A DNA stretch of 64,000 nucleotides from the human T2T-CHM13v2.0 reference genome, Homo sapiens. The number at the start of each line of letters is the position of its first letter. Position 1 is the first letter of the stretch. Both the position numbers and the translations under genes were made by a program. Below are positions 1-13,305 of this stretch, in pieces. The DNA lies in the NCBI RefSeq assembly GCF_009914755.1, contig NC_060939.1. One strand, 5' to 3'. The notes under the pieces are model-generated. The model searched no databases. It saw only the letters and a list, made by a program, of their open reading frames with translations, and had not been told where the DNA came from.

Positions 1-479
1 CCCTGAGACCAAACATAGCCTAATGCTGTTTAGGATGTTCATGGTTCTTTAATTACCCAGAGTAAACTTTTTCTTTCTACAAACTGCCATGCATTTTGTC
101 TGTCTCTTGTGCAGAGAACTACTCAGGGCTTTTTGGCTTCATAAACAAATTCAGACTACATAGAAAACCACAGGCAGGATAGAAAGGGTTACTCCCATCT
201 CCACCCGCTGCAAGAACTAAACACAGCTTTTTAGTAGGTATCAGCTCCTACCAGGACATAAAATTCCAAACAGGTCAAAGTTTAAAAAAAATAATTTTTC
301 AACATTATTAGAAAACAACCTGCCACTTGGAGAATGTACTTGCAAAAGGAGAGGGAGTTATAGTTTTTATTATTTAACATTAAGTTTCAAAAGAAGCCTC
401 AGGAGGTCTAATCACCGTTAAAATACACTCTAAATGGCAATGTCTGAAACTGTGCACAGGGACCCCTGCTCTAGATTTG

Positions 480-1430
480 TAGATTCTTGAAGTTGGAAGG
501 AACCACAAGAAGTTAAACAACCATTCCCCTTCTCTTAGGGACAGAGTGTTTTAGCCTATTTCTAACCAATGTATATCAATTCTACTTTTAAAATCTCAGC
601 AACAGAATATGCCGCTCTTGCTAACTAATCTGATATTTAATGATCCCATGATTTTTAAAAAATGCATTTAATCTCAATCCAACCTGCTGGACCAGTTTAC
701 TGGGAGAGCAGAAAACAGCTTGTTCCCAAACTCTAGATAAAAACCCTTTTAGAAGTAAAGGTGGTTATTCAGTCTAATTGCTCTCTTCTGCAAGCTACTT
801 ATCTCAATCCTTTAACTTTTTCTGTCCAAATTCTTGCACTGCTCTTCATTTATAGCAGCTAAGTTGAAAACAGCTCAGAAGCTGAGAGTACTGAACACAA
901 AGGTTATTTTACATTCCCTAAACTAGACCATTTTTAGTAATCATAGTAGCTTTCTTGATTTTTCAATACTTATTTTGTTTTTCTATCAGCTAGCTCATCC
1001 ACAATGAAAGCAAGAAAGGTTATTCCTGCCCTTAGAGAGAATTAGGCATCCCCTATCTCCTATGTGCAAGCTTAGCTTTCTTACCCAAGGGCACCTCCCC
1101 TTTCTGATGAATTTCTGACCATGCCTCATAATTTACCAAAGTCACCCTTAATTTGAATGCTAGCTTCCAGGGTCATCCTCAAGCTTGGGGTCAGTTTGTC
1201 TCTATTCCATCATTTTGAATACTTATAAAAGTATTAGACAACAAAGGTCCATGAGTGGCCTCTAAACAACTCCCCTAGGTTGAAGCTGATTCACTGATAA
1301 CCACTCTTCAAACAGACCCTGCATTTAACCTGTTCATGCTGGTATTTTCAAATTCATCTGAATTTTCATATTACATGTACCTATACCCTCGATGAAACCC
1401 TATGATGATGTATTCACTGCAAAATGCCTG
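480..1430 (-). mobile_element. L3/CR1 LINE fragment (ancient)
   Basis: Starts with CR1 3'-end-like 'agattcttgaagttggaaggaacc'; the minus strand near 1260-1310 reads approximately RVVISESAST, resembling the CR1 RT segment QRVVINGS.S.W. Confidence 0.65.
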
Positions 1431-1559
1431 TGTGTATGTTTCTCTGCGGGTATATATAGTAAATTAAGAAGTCCTTCTGAGATCGGTAAAGCTGTGCCTG
1501 GGAATGCTATAGCATTTAACCACAGGTTTGATCCAACTTCCTTTGTAAATCACCTTGGG

Positions 1560-1760
1560 CCTGTGTTTTCTGAAATATGTACGTGAATTATTGCCTTATT
1601 TTCATATTGTGGGTATTGTGTATTATGGAAGGGCCATTAACCCTGTAAGATGCAGATAATCTTCCACTTGCTTGTCTACAGCAGAAGATCATTTACTGTC
1701 ACACTGATTAAATATATTATGACAGCAAAGCTAGTAAAGTGCAAGGTATGGGCACGGGAA
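1560..1760. promoter_or_regulatory. Candidate conserved enhancer (HOX/MEIS motifs)
   Basis: Repeat-free; GGCCATTAA 1632-1640; inverted MEIS pair CTGTCA 1696-1701 / TGACAG 1720-1725 flanking TGATTAAAT. Conservation not measured. Confidence 0.4.
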
Positions 1761-2479
1761 GAACATGCTTCATGCACCTTCTCTGCCAGCTCTCTGCAGA
1801 AGTTTCTGTATCTAATTTGATACTTTTCAGATAAAGAACATCACATTACCAGGAGCCATTTTACTCTCACATTCTCATATACATTGGTCTCCAGAGAAAA
1901 CCCAGGTAAAGGATTTATATAAAAATTGTACTTACAAAGTAACACTAGTGATTAAGTTTATTATTAGTGTCCAGAGTATGTGTACTCTTGATGCCTGAAA
2001 CACTGAATTCAAGGTTTCTCCTTTAGTACAAGCAATAAAACACATCTTGGGCTGATCTTCTCCTAGACAAGTGCTAAAATAATGGTATTCCCCAACTTAC
2101 TTTTAAGCCTAAGACTACAAGGGAAGCTTCAACATGATACACAAGGGCGCAACCACATACACATGTACATATACATAAAGATACATTATAAATTACATTT
2201 TCTACATACTGTCTCTATACACACACAGAAGCTGCTATAATTTAGTTATTTACTATGTGCTACTAGTGCTGTAAAATGTCATTGTCTAAGAATACATTTG
2301 AGGCTTAAGTCAGCATTTTTATGATATCGTCTGCACTGGGAAAACATTAAAGGCTCAATATTTAATAAACATAATAAACATCCCCATGAAACAAATTGTT
2401 CATAAACTACCTGTTTAATTTTTCAGGGTTCCTGAACCACGTATTTTCTTATTAGTTGTGAGCCTGCTGGGTTGGAGGA

Positions 2480-2720
2480 TAGATAGGGCCTGTCAGGGAT
2501 AGAATATAATGTAGCGGTTTTATGAATTATTTCTGTGAGGAAAAGCCTATTACAGCTGACAAGAGGGTGATGATATTAGCCCATCATCATTCAGACGGCA
2601 CCACCCTGCCCCCTTTCATCCGTCAGGCTCTTGTACAGGGGCTGTAAGCCACACCGTCTTTGCACAGCCAACACAAAGACAAATTTTACTCTTTTTGCGA
2701 GTCCATGAAACATTTAGTAT
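2480..2720. promoter_or_regulatory. Candidate conserved enhancer
   Basis: Repeat-free, several retained CpGs, CTGTCA 2490-2495, TTTTATGA (posterior HOX/CDX-type) 2518-2525. Confidence 0.35.
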
Positions 2721-3789
2721 TTCATTTTGAATCATGGCAGATGACAGAAACAAATGGCCTAATGAATCTCGCTTATTGTCTGTCCCTTGCAAAACTGAAG
2801 ATGAGCTAAAAGTAAAATCTCTGTTTCTCTTCTTCTTTTTCTTTCTTCCTTCTTTTTTTATTCTTTTTTTGGTACATTTATTCCTCCTGGACAGATCTCT
2901 GCTGCATTCTAAATAAATACTGTGGTTATAAAATTATTTTTATAAACAAGTTGTTTGATTTGGAAATCAATTCCACCACTCTTGGACAGCCCCTTTCACC
3001 ATCATCTTCTATAGTCATCTTTGGGACAATATGCATTTTTACCCATTTGTTGCTCTATAAAACATACATACAACAGGAGGCAGGATCAGAAGGAAAAGTA
3101 ACAGGAAAAATCTTAATGTATTTGGGGAAAATGACAACTACTCATCAAAGGTTAATATGAATTATATACTTTTTTGTTTTATTTAAAGGGATACTAATTG
3201 TCTGCCCAAATCCTCCAAAGTGCCAATTTGCAAATAATTTGGCTGAACTTACAAAGCTTTTAGGTTACCTTTCCTAGGTATATTTACTTTAAATATGGCG
3301 TGGGATTGTAAGGGATTTGTTGGGTGGGGCTGCTCTGAAATATAATGGAAAAGACTCCGAGAAATGATTCAACTCATCAATGGCATCATTCTCTTATTTG
3401 CCATTTGAAAGGCTCCTGGGCGGGACTGAACACAGGTAGTGCTGCTCTGATGGCCTGACAAATATCACCTATCAGGAGATTTCCTTCATGCTCTTTGCTG
3501 CCCTTTTTAAACGAGAGTCTTCTCTCCAGTGTTTGCTGGCCCTGTCAGCTGCATCACACTACATTGCCACGTGTTCCCAACAGCCCACAGCTCCCAGCCC
3601 GTGCCCTTTTATTATACATGCATGTTTTTAACAAAACACAAAGGCTTTGAGACATATGCATTTAACTTTGTAAAAATGGACAAGGAAACATTACAGAGTT
3701 GGGGCTAGAAATAGGAAAAATGTTAGGGGCTAGTAAGAGAAAAATTCCTCCTCTTGTTCTGGCATGCCTTGGCCTCTTTTCCCCCTTTT

Positions 3790-4020
3790 CTCTGTGACTC
3801 TGTAATGGCTTTTTCACAGCCATTAGAGTTGTCAAGTAAATTTTTCTTAGTTCAAGTATGTACAATTGATCCTGATAGATGTTAATAGCTCCCAAACTAA
3901 GGCAGAGTCTGCAGTCAACACACGGGAATAACAATTCTGTGGTTAAAATGAAAAAGGGAAGTTTGACAGTTAATGCCATAAGATAGGCCAGATGCACTCC
4001 AGGTCAAATTTCCTTCATTT
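3790..4020. promoter_or_regulatory. Candidate enhancer with PBX-HOX + MEIS grammar
   Basis: TAATGGCT/AGCCATTA inverted pair 3803-3825, TGATAGAT (TGATNNAT) 3873-3880, TGACAG 3964-3969. Confidence 0.4.
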
Positions 4021-5129
4021 TTTTTTTGGAGTAAAAGTTGACCAATGATGCTCATAAGTCATACAACATGAATTATTTAGGTTTAAGTAATTATATAATG
4101 TTTTTACAGAATATAAAATGTGGCAAGCTACTTTTTAAAAATATATTTGTTTTATCTTACAATTTTTCTCAGACAACACACTACATGAAATTTTGGTTTT
4201 AATATTAGTGCTGTGAATTTTTCTAACAGAATTCTTGCTAGTTTTTTATAATTATGATGTTAGGAAATACTGTACCAATGTACTTCTATCACTTTTATTA
4301 TGCTTTTGCATTACTGGTTCCAAAGCAACATTTGCTTCTTCCAATGAGCAAGCATTTTAGAGCTGATAGTTACTTATTTCATAAATATCTAAAGAGTAAG
4401 AAGTTCTTTCAATCCAAATACACCAGAAATTGAAATCAAAGGAAGAATGTCAGTTGCTCAGACAGGAAATGTGTAGGGCTTACAGTTTTTAGCGCTGTGT
4501 TCTTCTGCATTACCCAATGCCTTTTGTGGCCTCTCCTCGTCAGTCTCTGAGCCCATCCTAAGTATCAGGCTGAATGAAAAATTTTTTTAATTATAAGAAT
4601 AAATGATAAATACCTTATACTTCTTCCTGCATATTATTAGGCAAAGGGGAAAAAGTTGGTTGACTAAAGGAAATGTATACCAACTTCCTTTCAAATATAT
4701 AACAAACTAACCCAAAAAGAACTAAAAAAGAGTGAAAGAGACATATTTGCCCCCATAAACTTACCTTGTTTCTTAAAAGACTGAATATGTAAAGCAATGC
4801 TTAATAGGGTCATAGTGAAAGAAAGCTCTGAGTAACCAAATCAGTATCTTCTGGTTTCCATGGTGTTGCTATCAAGGCAAATATGTTTGCTTCTAACTTT
4901 GGTGTACTTTCTAGTTAAACAGTGAAGGCCAATTTTCTAATGTTATTAAAGGGTATCTCTTTAAACTTCCTAGAAACACTTACATGTTGAAAATGGTGCA
5001 ATATTTTATTAAATATTGATGTAATATTGCAGAATTATCAAGCAACTGAAGTTGGATGGAGGAAAATGAGAAGTAAGGCACAATATTTGTGTATACTTAT
5101 TAACAGAGAAAGGAACATTGGCCAGCTAA

Positions 5130-5213
5130 TATTAGGTGGAACCATATAAAACTGCTGCTTTTGTAGGTCAGAAATGGTTGAATATCAGCAATTTCATATG
5201 GTTCAACCTAATT
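5130..5213. mobile_element. MADE2 MITE (Hsmar2-derived)
   Basis: About 80-bp element with inverted ends TTAGGTGGAACCATAT...ATATGGTTCAACCTAA, TA at the left flank. Confidence 0.9.
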
Positions 5214-5569
5214 AGATACAGCATTTGTATTAAGCCCAAGTTGCACATTTCTTTTAGGAAAAGAAGCACATAAAATTGTTCAATGATATCTTGGTGCCTG
5301 ATGAGGGGTAGTTATTACTTCCAAAGTCAACATAAAATTTCATTAAAAGAATTCCATACCAGTACAGTTTAAGGGAACCTTCCAGGAGATAACTTGTTTA
5401 GCTGGCAGTATTATTTCAACTCTTCCCATTCCTTAGAGGAGCAGCTCCTACTTCCGTTATGAAAGTAGACATGGTTCTTTTCTTCCAGTGTCACATTCTT
5501 GGATCCACAGAAATTGTCAAGAAAAGCTTTAAAATAACAGTATGGAGACACTAAACGATGATGGGGCCT

Positions 5570-5785
5570 CATTCTTCATTGCATGAGCTTGTGACCAGTA
5601 GACACACAGAGCCTCACACTCAGAAACCACCCCACTCTGGTGCTTAATGCTTTGTAGTCACTAACTTCAGATTGTTAATAATTTAATCTTTAATAATAAT
5701 TTTATCTTTGATTTTGTTTTGTTAGTGAAGTTCGATGGAATAATAAAGGTTGTACCAGGGGCTTGGAGACTCAGCTTATATACAG
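5570..5785 (+). mobile_element. MER45B/C-like hAT-Tip100 fragment
   Basis: Matches recalled MER45 motifs 'ttaatgctttgtagtcac', 'aataattttatctttga..agtgaagttcgatgg', 'ccagggggcttggagactcagct'. Confidence 0.7.
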
Positions 5786-5891
5786 CCAGTAGCCCTATTT
5801 AAATGCATTTGTAACACCTGTGTGAGAAAGCGGACGTGCCAGAGAAAGCTGAAGAAGATAGTGTGGAATCTGGAAGATGTGTGTGAGGGGA

Positions 5892-5895
<4 letters not shown>

Positions 5896-5923
<28 letters not shown>
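5896..5923. repeat. (GA)n microsatellite
   Basis: Direct reading. Confidence 0.95.
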
Positions 5924-5926
<3 letters not shown>

Positions 5927-7097
5927 ATTAAAAAAATACCAATTTCAGAAATAAAATAGAAGGCTCTAATATCAAATTAAAGCTCAATTTGTTCTCTTTC
6001 TTGCCGATATTGAATCCAAATGCAGATTATTTCAGCACAAAATAGCTGAGAATGTGTCAGAGGTACTACAATAAACTTTAGGTTCCAAAAAGGTTGAGAA
6101 AATCTGAGAAAGGCAGAAAAATCAGGAGGAGAAGCTGGAATCCGGAACAAGAAACTTTTGTACAATTTTAGGTCCTGTAAGTAATGTGGAAGACACTCAA
6201 AAAATTGAGCTTTTGCCAATGTTAGAAGATTCCATTTAATATGCATGGATTGTTATAACACTTTTTCTTATTATTTTCTGCTAAATAATTTCATTTTCCT
6301 ATAACCATGTACGGAGAATGATAATTGGGTATTCCAAACATATCGCAAGGCAGCTATTTCCAGGAGTGTGGGTAGAATAGATACACAAGTAAAAGTAACT
6401 TCGCATTTTTGTTGAAAGGCTGTTTCTGACACTAGGATCCTGTGTTTATTTGGTGCTAAGGTAAAATTCAACTCTTTCTTTCGACATCTAAAGCCTGGAT
6501 GCATGTCTTAATTTTCAATATATACTGTCTTTTAATTTTAGATTTATTGTTATGTACATTTATTCCATCCCTTGAATTGCTAACTTCTTTGAGAACATAA
6601 TCTCTTGAGCATATTAGTTTGCTTAGAGTAGGCACCCAATCAAGTTGTTAACTGATAAATTAATGAAGATTAAAGTCAACACGGGAGAACTTTTTATCTG
6701 CCATCTAATTTTTGATTGCTAAATAGTCACCACTGTGCTGTTTGTGAACGACTTCTTCCATCTACTTGAGATTTCTCCCTTCTCTTTATTACCACTTTAA
6801 ATCCTTCCAGTTGCCAAGCCACAGATCAAATGCAAAGTCCTACATGAGGCTTTCTCCAGTTCTCCCATGGAAATTTCTCTGTCTCTTTGTACTCTCTCAG
6901 CGGATTGAGTTTCTGTTAGAGGAGTAATCACACTGTGCCACATTCCGTCCTGTTGAAACGAGCACTACAGAAAGCCAGTTACTCAAACCCTAAACCCAGT
7001 TAAACATAGGTCGCCCACACCTATACACACACATTATCTTTCTTTCTTACTTCAATCATAATCTACTCCATTTTCCAACATAGAAACACCAGTTTTA

Positions 7098-7407
<310 letters not shown>

Positions 7408-7789
7408 TTATTATTTCCAACAAGTCAGGGCTATAAAATAGATGAGTAAGATTTACAACATGGTAGTATTATTTAATATATGCTAATTTGTAAACCAGTT
7501 AAAATTATTATTCCCAAAGTATATAATTACTGTTTCCATAGGAAATTAAGAATAAACATAAATTCCATACTTAAAACAAACTGACACTCGGTGACCAAAG
7601 TGTCCAGAAAACAAAGAAAATTCTATTGTATTGGAACAATAGGCAGAATTACAGCAACAGCTTGTTAGAACTAAGGCAAGCAATATCAACTTTCTCAAGA
7701 TAAATGGAGTCAGCGTTTGGATATTCCAGAAAATCCCAAATTTTGAAATAATTAATACTTTGTCTACATCTTCACCTTTAAATACGTTG

Positions 7790-8010
7790 TTCCCTTTATC
7801 TTCAGTGCCTGACACGGCTGTTCATACTTTGTGACCCAGTTCATTAGTTCCTTTTATCTATTACTTTGCGTTTTACACCATAGTCATTAACAGGCTGATC
7901 TTTACTGAACTGGGAGATCCTCCAGAGCAGCGGTGCTATCTGTTTTTTATTCCTTCTTTTCTAACCATCGGTACAGTACCTCACATAGGGTCAATACATG
8001 ATGGTTGGGC
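7790..8010 (+). mobile_element. L2 3' fragment
   Basis: 'ctgggagatcctccagagcag..tatctg..acagtacctcacatagggtcaatacatgatggttg' resembles the L2 3' end. Confidence 0.55.
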
Positions 8011-8199
8011 AGATAGATTTTTAAAATATTTTAAAATAAAGATTAGGACATTTGTTAACCAATTTTTATGCTTTGAACTATATTGGACTGAGATGGATTA
8101 ATATAAGTTAGGAATTGGAGAAAAATCAAACCAAGCAGGACATATTATAATTAGTTAGAAATTTATAAATTAAAAAGGAACTGAAGGTGTATTTTGTGG

Positions 8200-9545
8200 A
8201 ACATATCAGATACCCAAAAGGCATAACAAATATTATAATGGATACTGATGTATCAAACTTAAGAAATGAAACATTATTTATATGGTTGAATGTCCCTGTG
8301 TAACCACATGTATCCCATTCTTTCTTCTCCCTCTACCTCCCGAGTAATCAGTCTGTTAAATTGGGTTAACATCTCCACACATATTTTACACTTCACTATA
8401 TGTTTTCATCTCTAGTGATAGCATATTTTGGAAAAATCAAAGATTAAACGAAATTATCCTTTTTCTGTTACTTCTTTCAACTAAGCAATATGTTTTTGAG
8501 GGTTATTCATGATGATAAATATTCCTCTTTATTCATTTAAATCACTATATGTTGATCCATTTTTAACATACTGTTCTCTTTTTGATAGACATTTGGCTGT
8601 TTCTTATTAGTCTGTGTTATTTTCAACATTCTTGCATTCATCTTGATGTACAAGAGTTTCTCGTGTATATACTTAAGATTCTTAATTTTGTTATTATTGA
8701 ACTTATTATTATTTTCTTTAGAATTTTTTCTTTCTATCACTCTTAAGAGATAAAATTCTTTATCCTGAGGTAAATATATCTTATTTTTTAAATTTTCAAA
8801 ATTTTAATTTTTTAAAAAAATTCAAAATTTTTAAGTTCTTGATTTCTCTAAGGTTGATTTTTGTGTATACTATGAGATAAATAATTTTTTCAAATAAAAA
8901 ATATTTTTTATTTTTAGTGACAGCAATATTTACTGAATATATTTTCCTTTCTTCATTGATCTCAATGAAAGCTATATCCATAAATGCATGTGTTTTCATT
9001 TATAAAAAGGTTCCTTGACTGTCTATTTTGTTCCATTGATCCATTTTCCATCCCTACACCAATACCACTACACTGTGTTAATAATTTTCCTTTATAAGTC
9101 TTGATATTTAATAGGACAAATCTTCCTGCCAATGCTTCTTTAGAGATGTCTTTGCAATTTTTAGCCTTTAATTCTTCCACATAAATTATTCAATGAGTTC
9201 ATTATTTAGAAAGGTGAATAAATATATTAGAACTTGAAATGATGTTGCTTTTAAGTGTTGGATCAGTTTTGGAAGGACATATATTTTCATGAATATTGAG
9301 CCTTCCATCAATGAACATGGCATATCTCCTCACTTTCTGTTGATCAATTACCTATTATAGTTTTGTTCCTAACAGCTTTACCACATCCTTTTTAAAATTT
9401 ATTTTTAGATAACTTATATTTTTAGTTAGTAATTTAAGTGACTTTTTAGGGTACATTTTTGTAATTGGTTGTTATTTGCATGCAAAACTGTAAGTGGCTT
9501 TTGTGTATTGGGCTTATATCTAACAACCTTTGAATAATTTTTCAA
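8200..9545 (-). mobile_element. Old L1 (L1ME-like) 3'UTR and ORF2 fragments
   Basis: Minus-strand ORF 8962-9180 resembles L1 ORF2 (LLNIKTYK..W..QNR); T-rich L1 antisense signature. Confidence 0.75.
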
Positions 9546-9739
9546 ATAGCAAGTATTCAGGTTCTGGCAATAGGGCTGACTTAGAGCACCAAGGGACCCT
9601 TTAACTGCAAAATAATTGAGGTTTGAAAAGCTACACTATTTGAGAAATCTCTGACTCAAAAAAGGTAAATCCTTAGTTTCTAAGGATCCCTCCATTCCAA
9701 AAACCATAAATAATAAAAGCAGAAAAGCAAACCAACAAA

Positions 9740-10520
9740 ACTATCAAAGCTTACACCACGATATAGAGCACTGGAATTCTCATATACTGTTGCTTGGAAG
9801 GCAAGTTGCTGATTTAAATTTTTAGATTACCTTGGAAAATTATTTGATATTTTCTCTCAAAGGTAATCCATTAAATACCTTACAACAGATAAATTCTATT
9901 TCTAGGTATCTGCCTGTGATGAAGTTTTATGCACATGTTCCAGAAGATATACATGAATGTCAATAGCCTTATTAATAAGAGTAAAAAGCTGGAAAATGTA
10001 GAAATTTTTCATTAAGATAGTATAGATATATTATGGCTATCATACAGCAGTAAAGGAAAGAAACAGGTACATACAACAATAAGGATACATGCTGAGTTAA
10101 AAAAGCAAGTCTAAGAAGATAAAGATAACTTAGAATACCACTTTTATAGAACCCTCCCCCCAAAAAAAGCAAACTATATAAATATATTGTTTATATTTAT
10201 ATAACAATATAAATTGTTTTTTATATATTGTCTTTATATAACAATATAAAGAGCTAGTATTTCTGAAACAATTCCATATTTTAAAAAAATGGAATAATAA
10301 ACACGAAATTTAGGATAGTGCTATCTTTGAGGAAAGAGTCACAGTTATAAGACAGGCAAGGAACATGTAGGTAGATGAAAATTACTGGTAATGTCCTATT
10401 TCTTGGGCTAAGTATTGGGCTTATGAGTCGTTGTATCCTTATGCTTTATTAATAATATTTGCATAGCATATAAATCTTTTGTGTATGCAAAAACATTGAT
10501 ATAATAAAAATAAAATGAAT
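9740..10520 (+). mobile_element. Old L1 (L1ME/MC-like) 3' end
   Basis: 'actggaattctcatatactgttg..accttggaaaattatttg..ttctatttctaggtat' ORF2 C-terminus followed by a 3'UTR ending in an A-rich tail. Confidence 0.75.
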
Positions 10521-10532
10521 AAAGATATAAAA

Positions 10533-10690
10533 CACTCATCTATTCATTTAGCAAATACTTATTAAATACCTACTAGTGTTAGAAAGCACCCTATGTACCA
10601 GATATTAAACCATACCAATAATACCACTGGTATTATATGTGACAGAAGAAAACTCTTGTATTTATAGACCATGCATTCTAGTAGATTCAG
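10533..10690 (-). mobile_element. L2 3' tail fragment
   Basis: 'cattcatttagcaaatacttattaaatacctacta'. Confidence 0.65.
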
Positions 10691-12599
10691 CTAAACTAAC
10701 TTAGTGCAATAGAACTTATGAAATTAACCTACTTACAAAGTTGCCTGTAGGAGAAATAAAGTCAATGTTTTTCACTTAAAAATGACCAATAATCTGGACA
10801 AAACGAGGTGACAAAAAATTAATAGATCAAATCTCTTCAACATAGTCATCTTATTTCACCCTTTCCATACAAAGTAGAGCCTCAGGGATGGCCAAAGTGT
10901 TTGGTTTGAAAGGCAAACTGAACAAATGATTGTTTTAGCTGCTTAAATAATTTATTTTCTATTTAATGCTTCACAAATGTGAAAAAGAATTGATGTTTTT
11001 CACCTCTGAATATTCAATACTCTTTAGGTGCAGATATGGACTGAGCATATCGTAATTGTAGATAATAAACTTTTGCCTATTCCTTTAGAAACAATGTGAA
11101 CCCTCAACCAAATAAACACTTGTCCATATTAACCATATACTATCCCAAAGGGAAGAATCTGGAGGTTATCACTTTCAGGGTGTTAATGTTAAGCACTCAG
11201 TCAGCTAAGAACTGCAGAGAAATTACTAATCAGAAAAATATCTAATATGGCTACAAAATGTGTTACTTTTAGTTTGCAATAATAATGAATGTTTCTAGAT
11301 AGCAAGGCTGTCCTCCTATATAAATAGGAGTGAGAAGAGGGTTAAAGAAACACAGTCAAGTACAAAAACTTCAAGTGGTCCTTAAGTTTGACTATAAAAA
11401 CAAAAAGATAGTATTTGCTGCCACCTGAGTAAAGTTTTGTAATTTAATTTTAGATTGAGTTACAGCATTTATTGAGCTAAACTAAAAAGTTTCCAGCACT
11501 AATCCAAGATAGAGTATTTGGCACTAAATTTTCTAAGGTATATTTACAAAACAAAAGATTTCTAGTAAACTCAGAAGATACCTCAAAAATGGCAAAACAA
11601 ATGTTAAAAAAATCAGCGAATGTCATCTTAATGTAATATCGCTAGTCTAATAACAGCCATTAGTTTTCTTTTTTTAACCTGAATTAATAAATAGGTTTAT
11701 ATCATCTTGGCATGAATCTAAACAGATTTCAGAAAATCACTGATCTAAAATAAACTGGAACCAGGGAATCCTGAACAAAAGACAACACAATTTTTTTTAT
11801 TCATAAAGCTTAGTAGAGAGTTGCATGCACTGAAACAGTACAAAACATGCAAAAATTAAAGAAGGCTGTTTTTTCTGTCCAAAACTTTCAGACTGTAAAA
11901 ATTGAGGTGTAGACCAAAGCAAAGTCAATTATCTGTCATGGAAATTAGTTCAGAATCAGATAGTTATGAAAAATAAGGAAACAAAAGTAGAGTCCATAGC
12001 CAGAATAAATTTTTAAAAAACTGTATGTTTATCATAGTACCTGGCACCTAGCAATCACTCAGTAAATGGGTTAAGCATAGAGGTAGCAGTGTTCTTGTTC
12101 CTGATTAATTTAGAATTGATGATCTTTAAGGTTACTGTCATCACTTCTGGATGCCTCTCAAATCACCAAACAATATGTAGATTATAATATATTTAACCAG
12201 TAGGGTCTGATTTGTTATAATGAGTTCAGAACTGATTAATTTAAATAAAAGAGAGAAATAATACAAGTAAAACCTACGTTTGCACATCATTGTCAAATGA
12301 ATATTTAAATGAGAAAAAGAGACATTTTGGAAATACCCTGAGAAAACTCCCTTTCTGAGGAAAAAAAATTAGTGGGCAAAATCATGGTAAAGTTTTCTAA
12401 AAGTAATCCACGTTTTATAATAAACTCTCTTCAGATACCTAAGAAATCCCCTCTTACTTCCATATGTTAATATATTCTTTGAATATAAAATCCAAATTAA
12501 AAACTAATTCTTAATAGAAAGCTTTTGTTAAAAGCAACATTTTGAAATGCTGTCAGTAACTATCATAAATATTTGAGAAGTTAATATTTTAATCTTCAA

Positions 12600-12900
12600 C
12601 TATAGCACAGAAAACACTTTTAGTGACAGACAGTGCTTCATTAATGGAGTTCTGTGTGTCTAATTGCTTTAGGCACAGTGAGCTGCATTATTTTGACACA
12701 TGACATGCAATTAGTACATGGTCACACGGCTAACGGGAGATTTTACACCTTTTTTCCTTCTACATTCAGAGTGAATAATTAGCATATTTTTTCTGCTTAG
12801 AATAATAATCAGAGCCTTAGATCCAGAAATTGCCTAATGAGGTAAAATTCCAGTTGTTGACATTAATACATGTGACACATTTTTTCAGTTGTTAAAGTAA
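12600..12900. promoter_or_regulatory. Candidate homeodomain-site-dense enhancer
   Basis: TGACAG 12624-12629, CATTAATG 12639-12646, TAATTG 12661-12666, CAATTA 12708-12713, TAATTA 12776-12781 in repeat-free sequence. Confidence 0.4.
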
Positions 12901-13305
12901 ACCTTGTGATACCACTTCATTTACCCTTTCCCAAGTGACCTTATGAGTCAGGAGTTATGTTGTTCTTAGCATCAAATTGTTGAGAAGAAAGACCCCAATA
13001 GATGTTTTATACCATTATTTCCCTGCTCCTCACACAGTAGGTGCCAAATAAATACTGCTGACAAAATCTAAAAGGGTAACTTCTGGTATCTTCCATTGTC
13101 ATTAAAATATTATCAAGATTCAAAGTAGAAATAAACTATGAAGACACTATATGCTACTTTGGAGAGTTCTTAGAATTTAAAAAGTGGATTATTTTATAAT
13201 ACCAAATTAGATCCAAACAGAAGTTTTTATCAAAATGTTAATTTTATTTAAAAATATTTAAGATTAATGAAAAACTCACCCAATATTTCCCTAGAGCAGA
13301 GGCAG

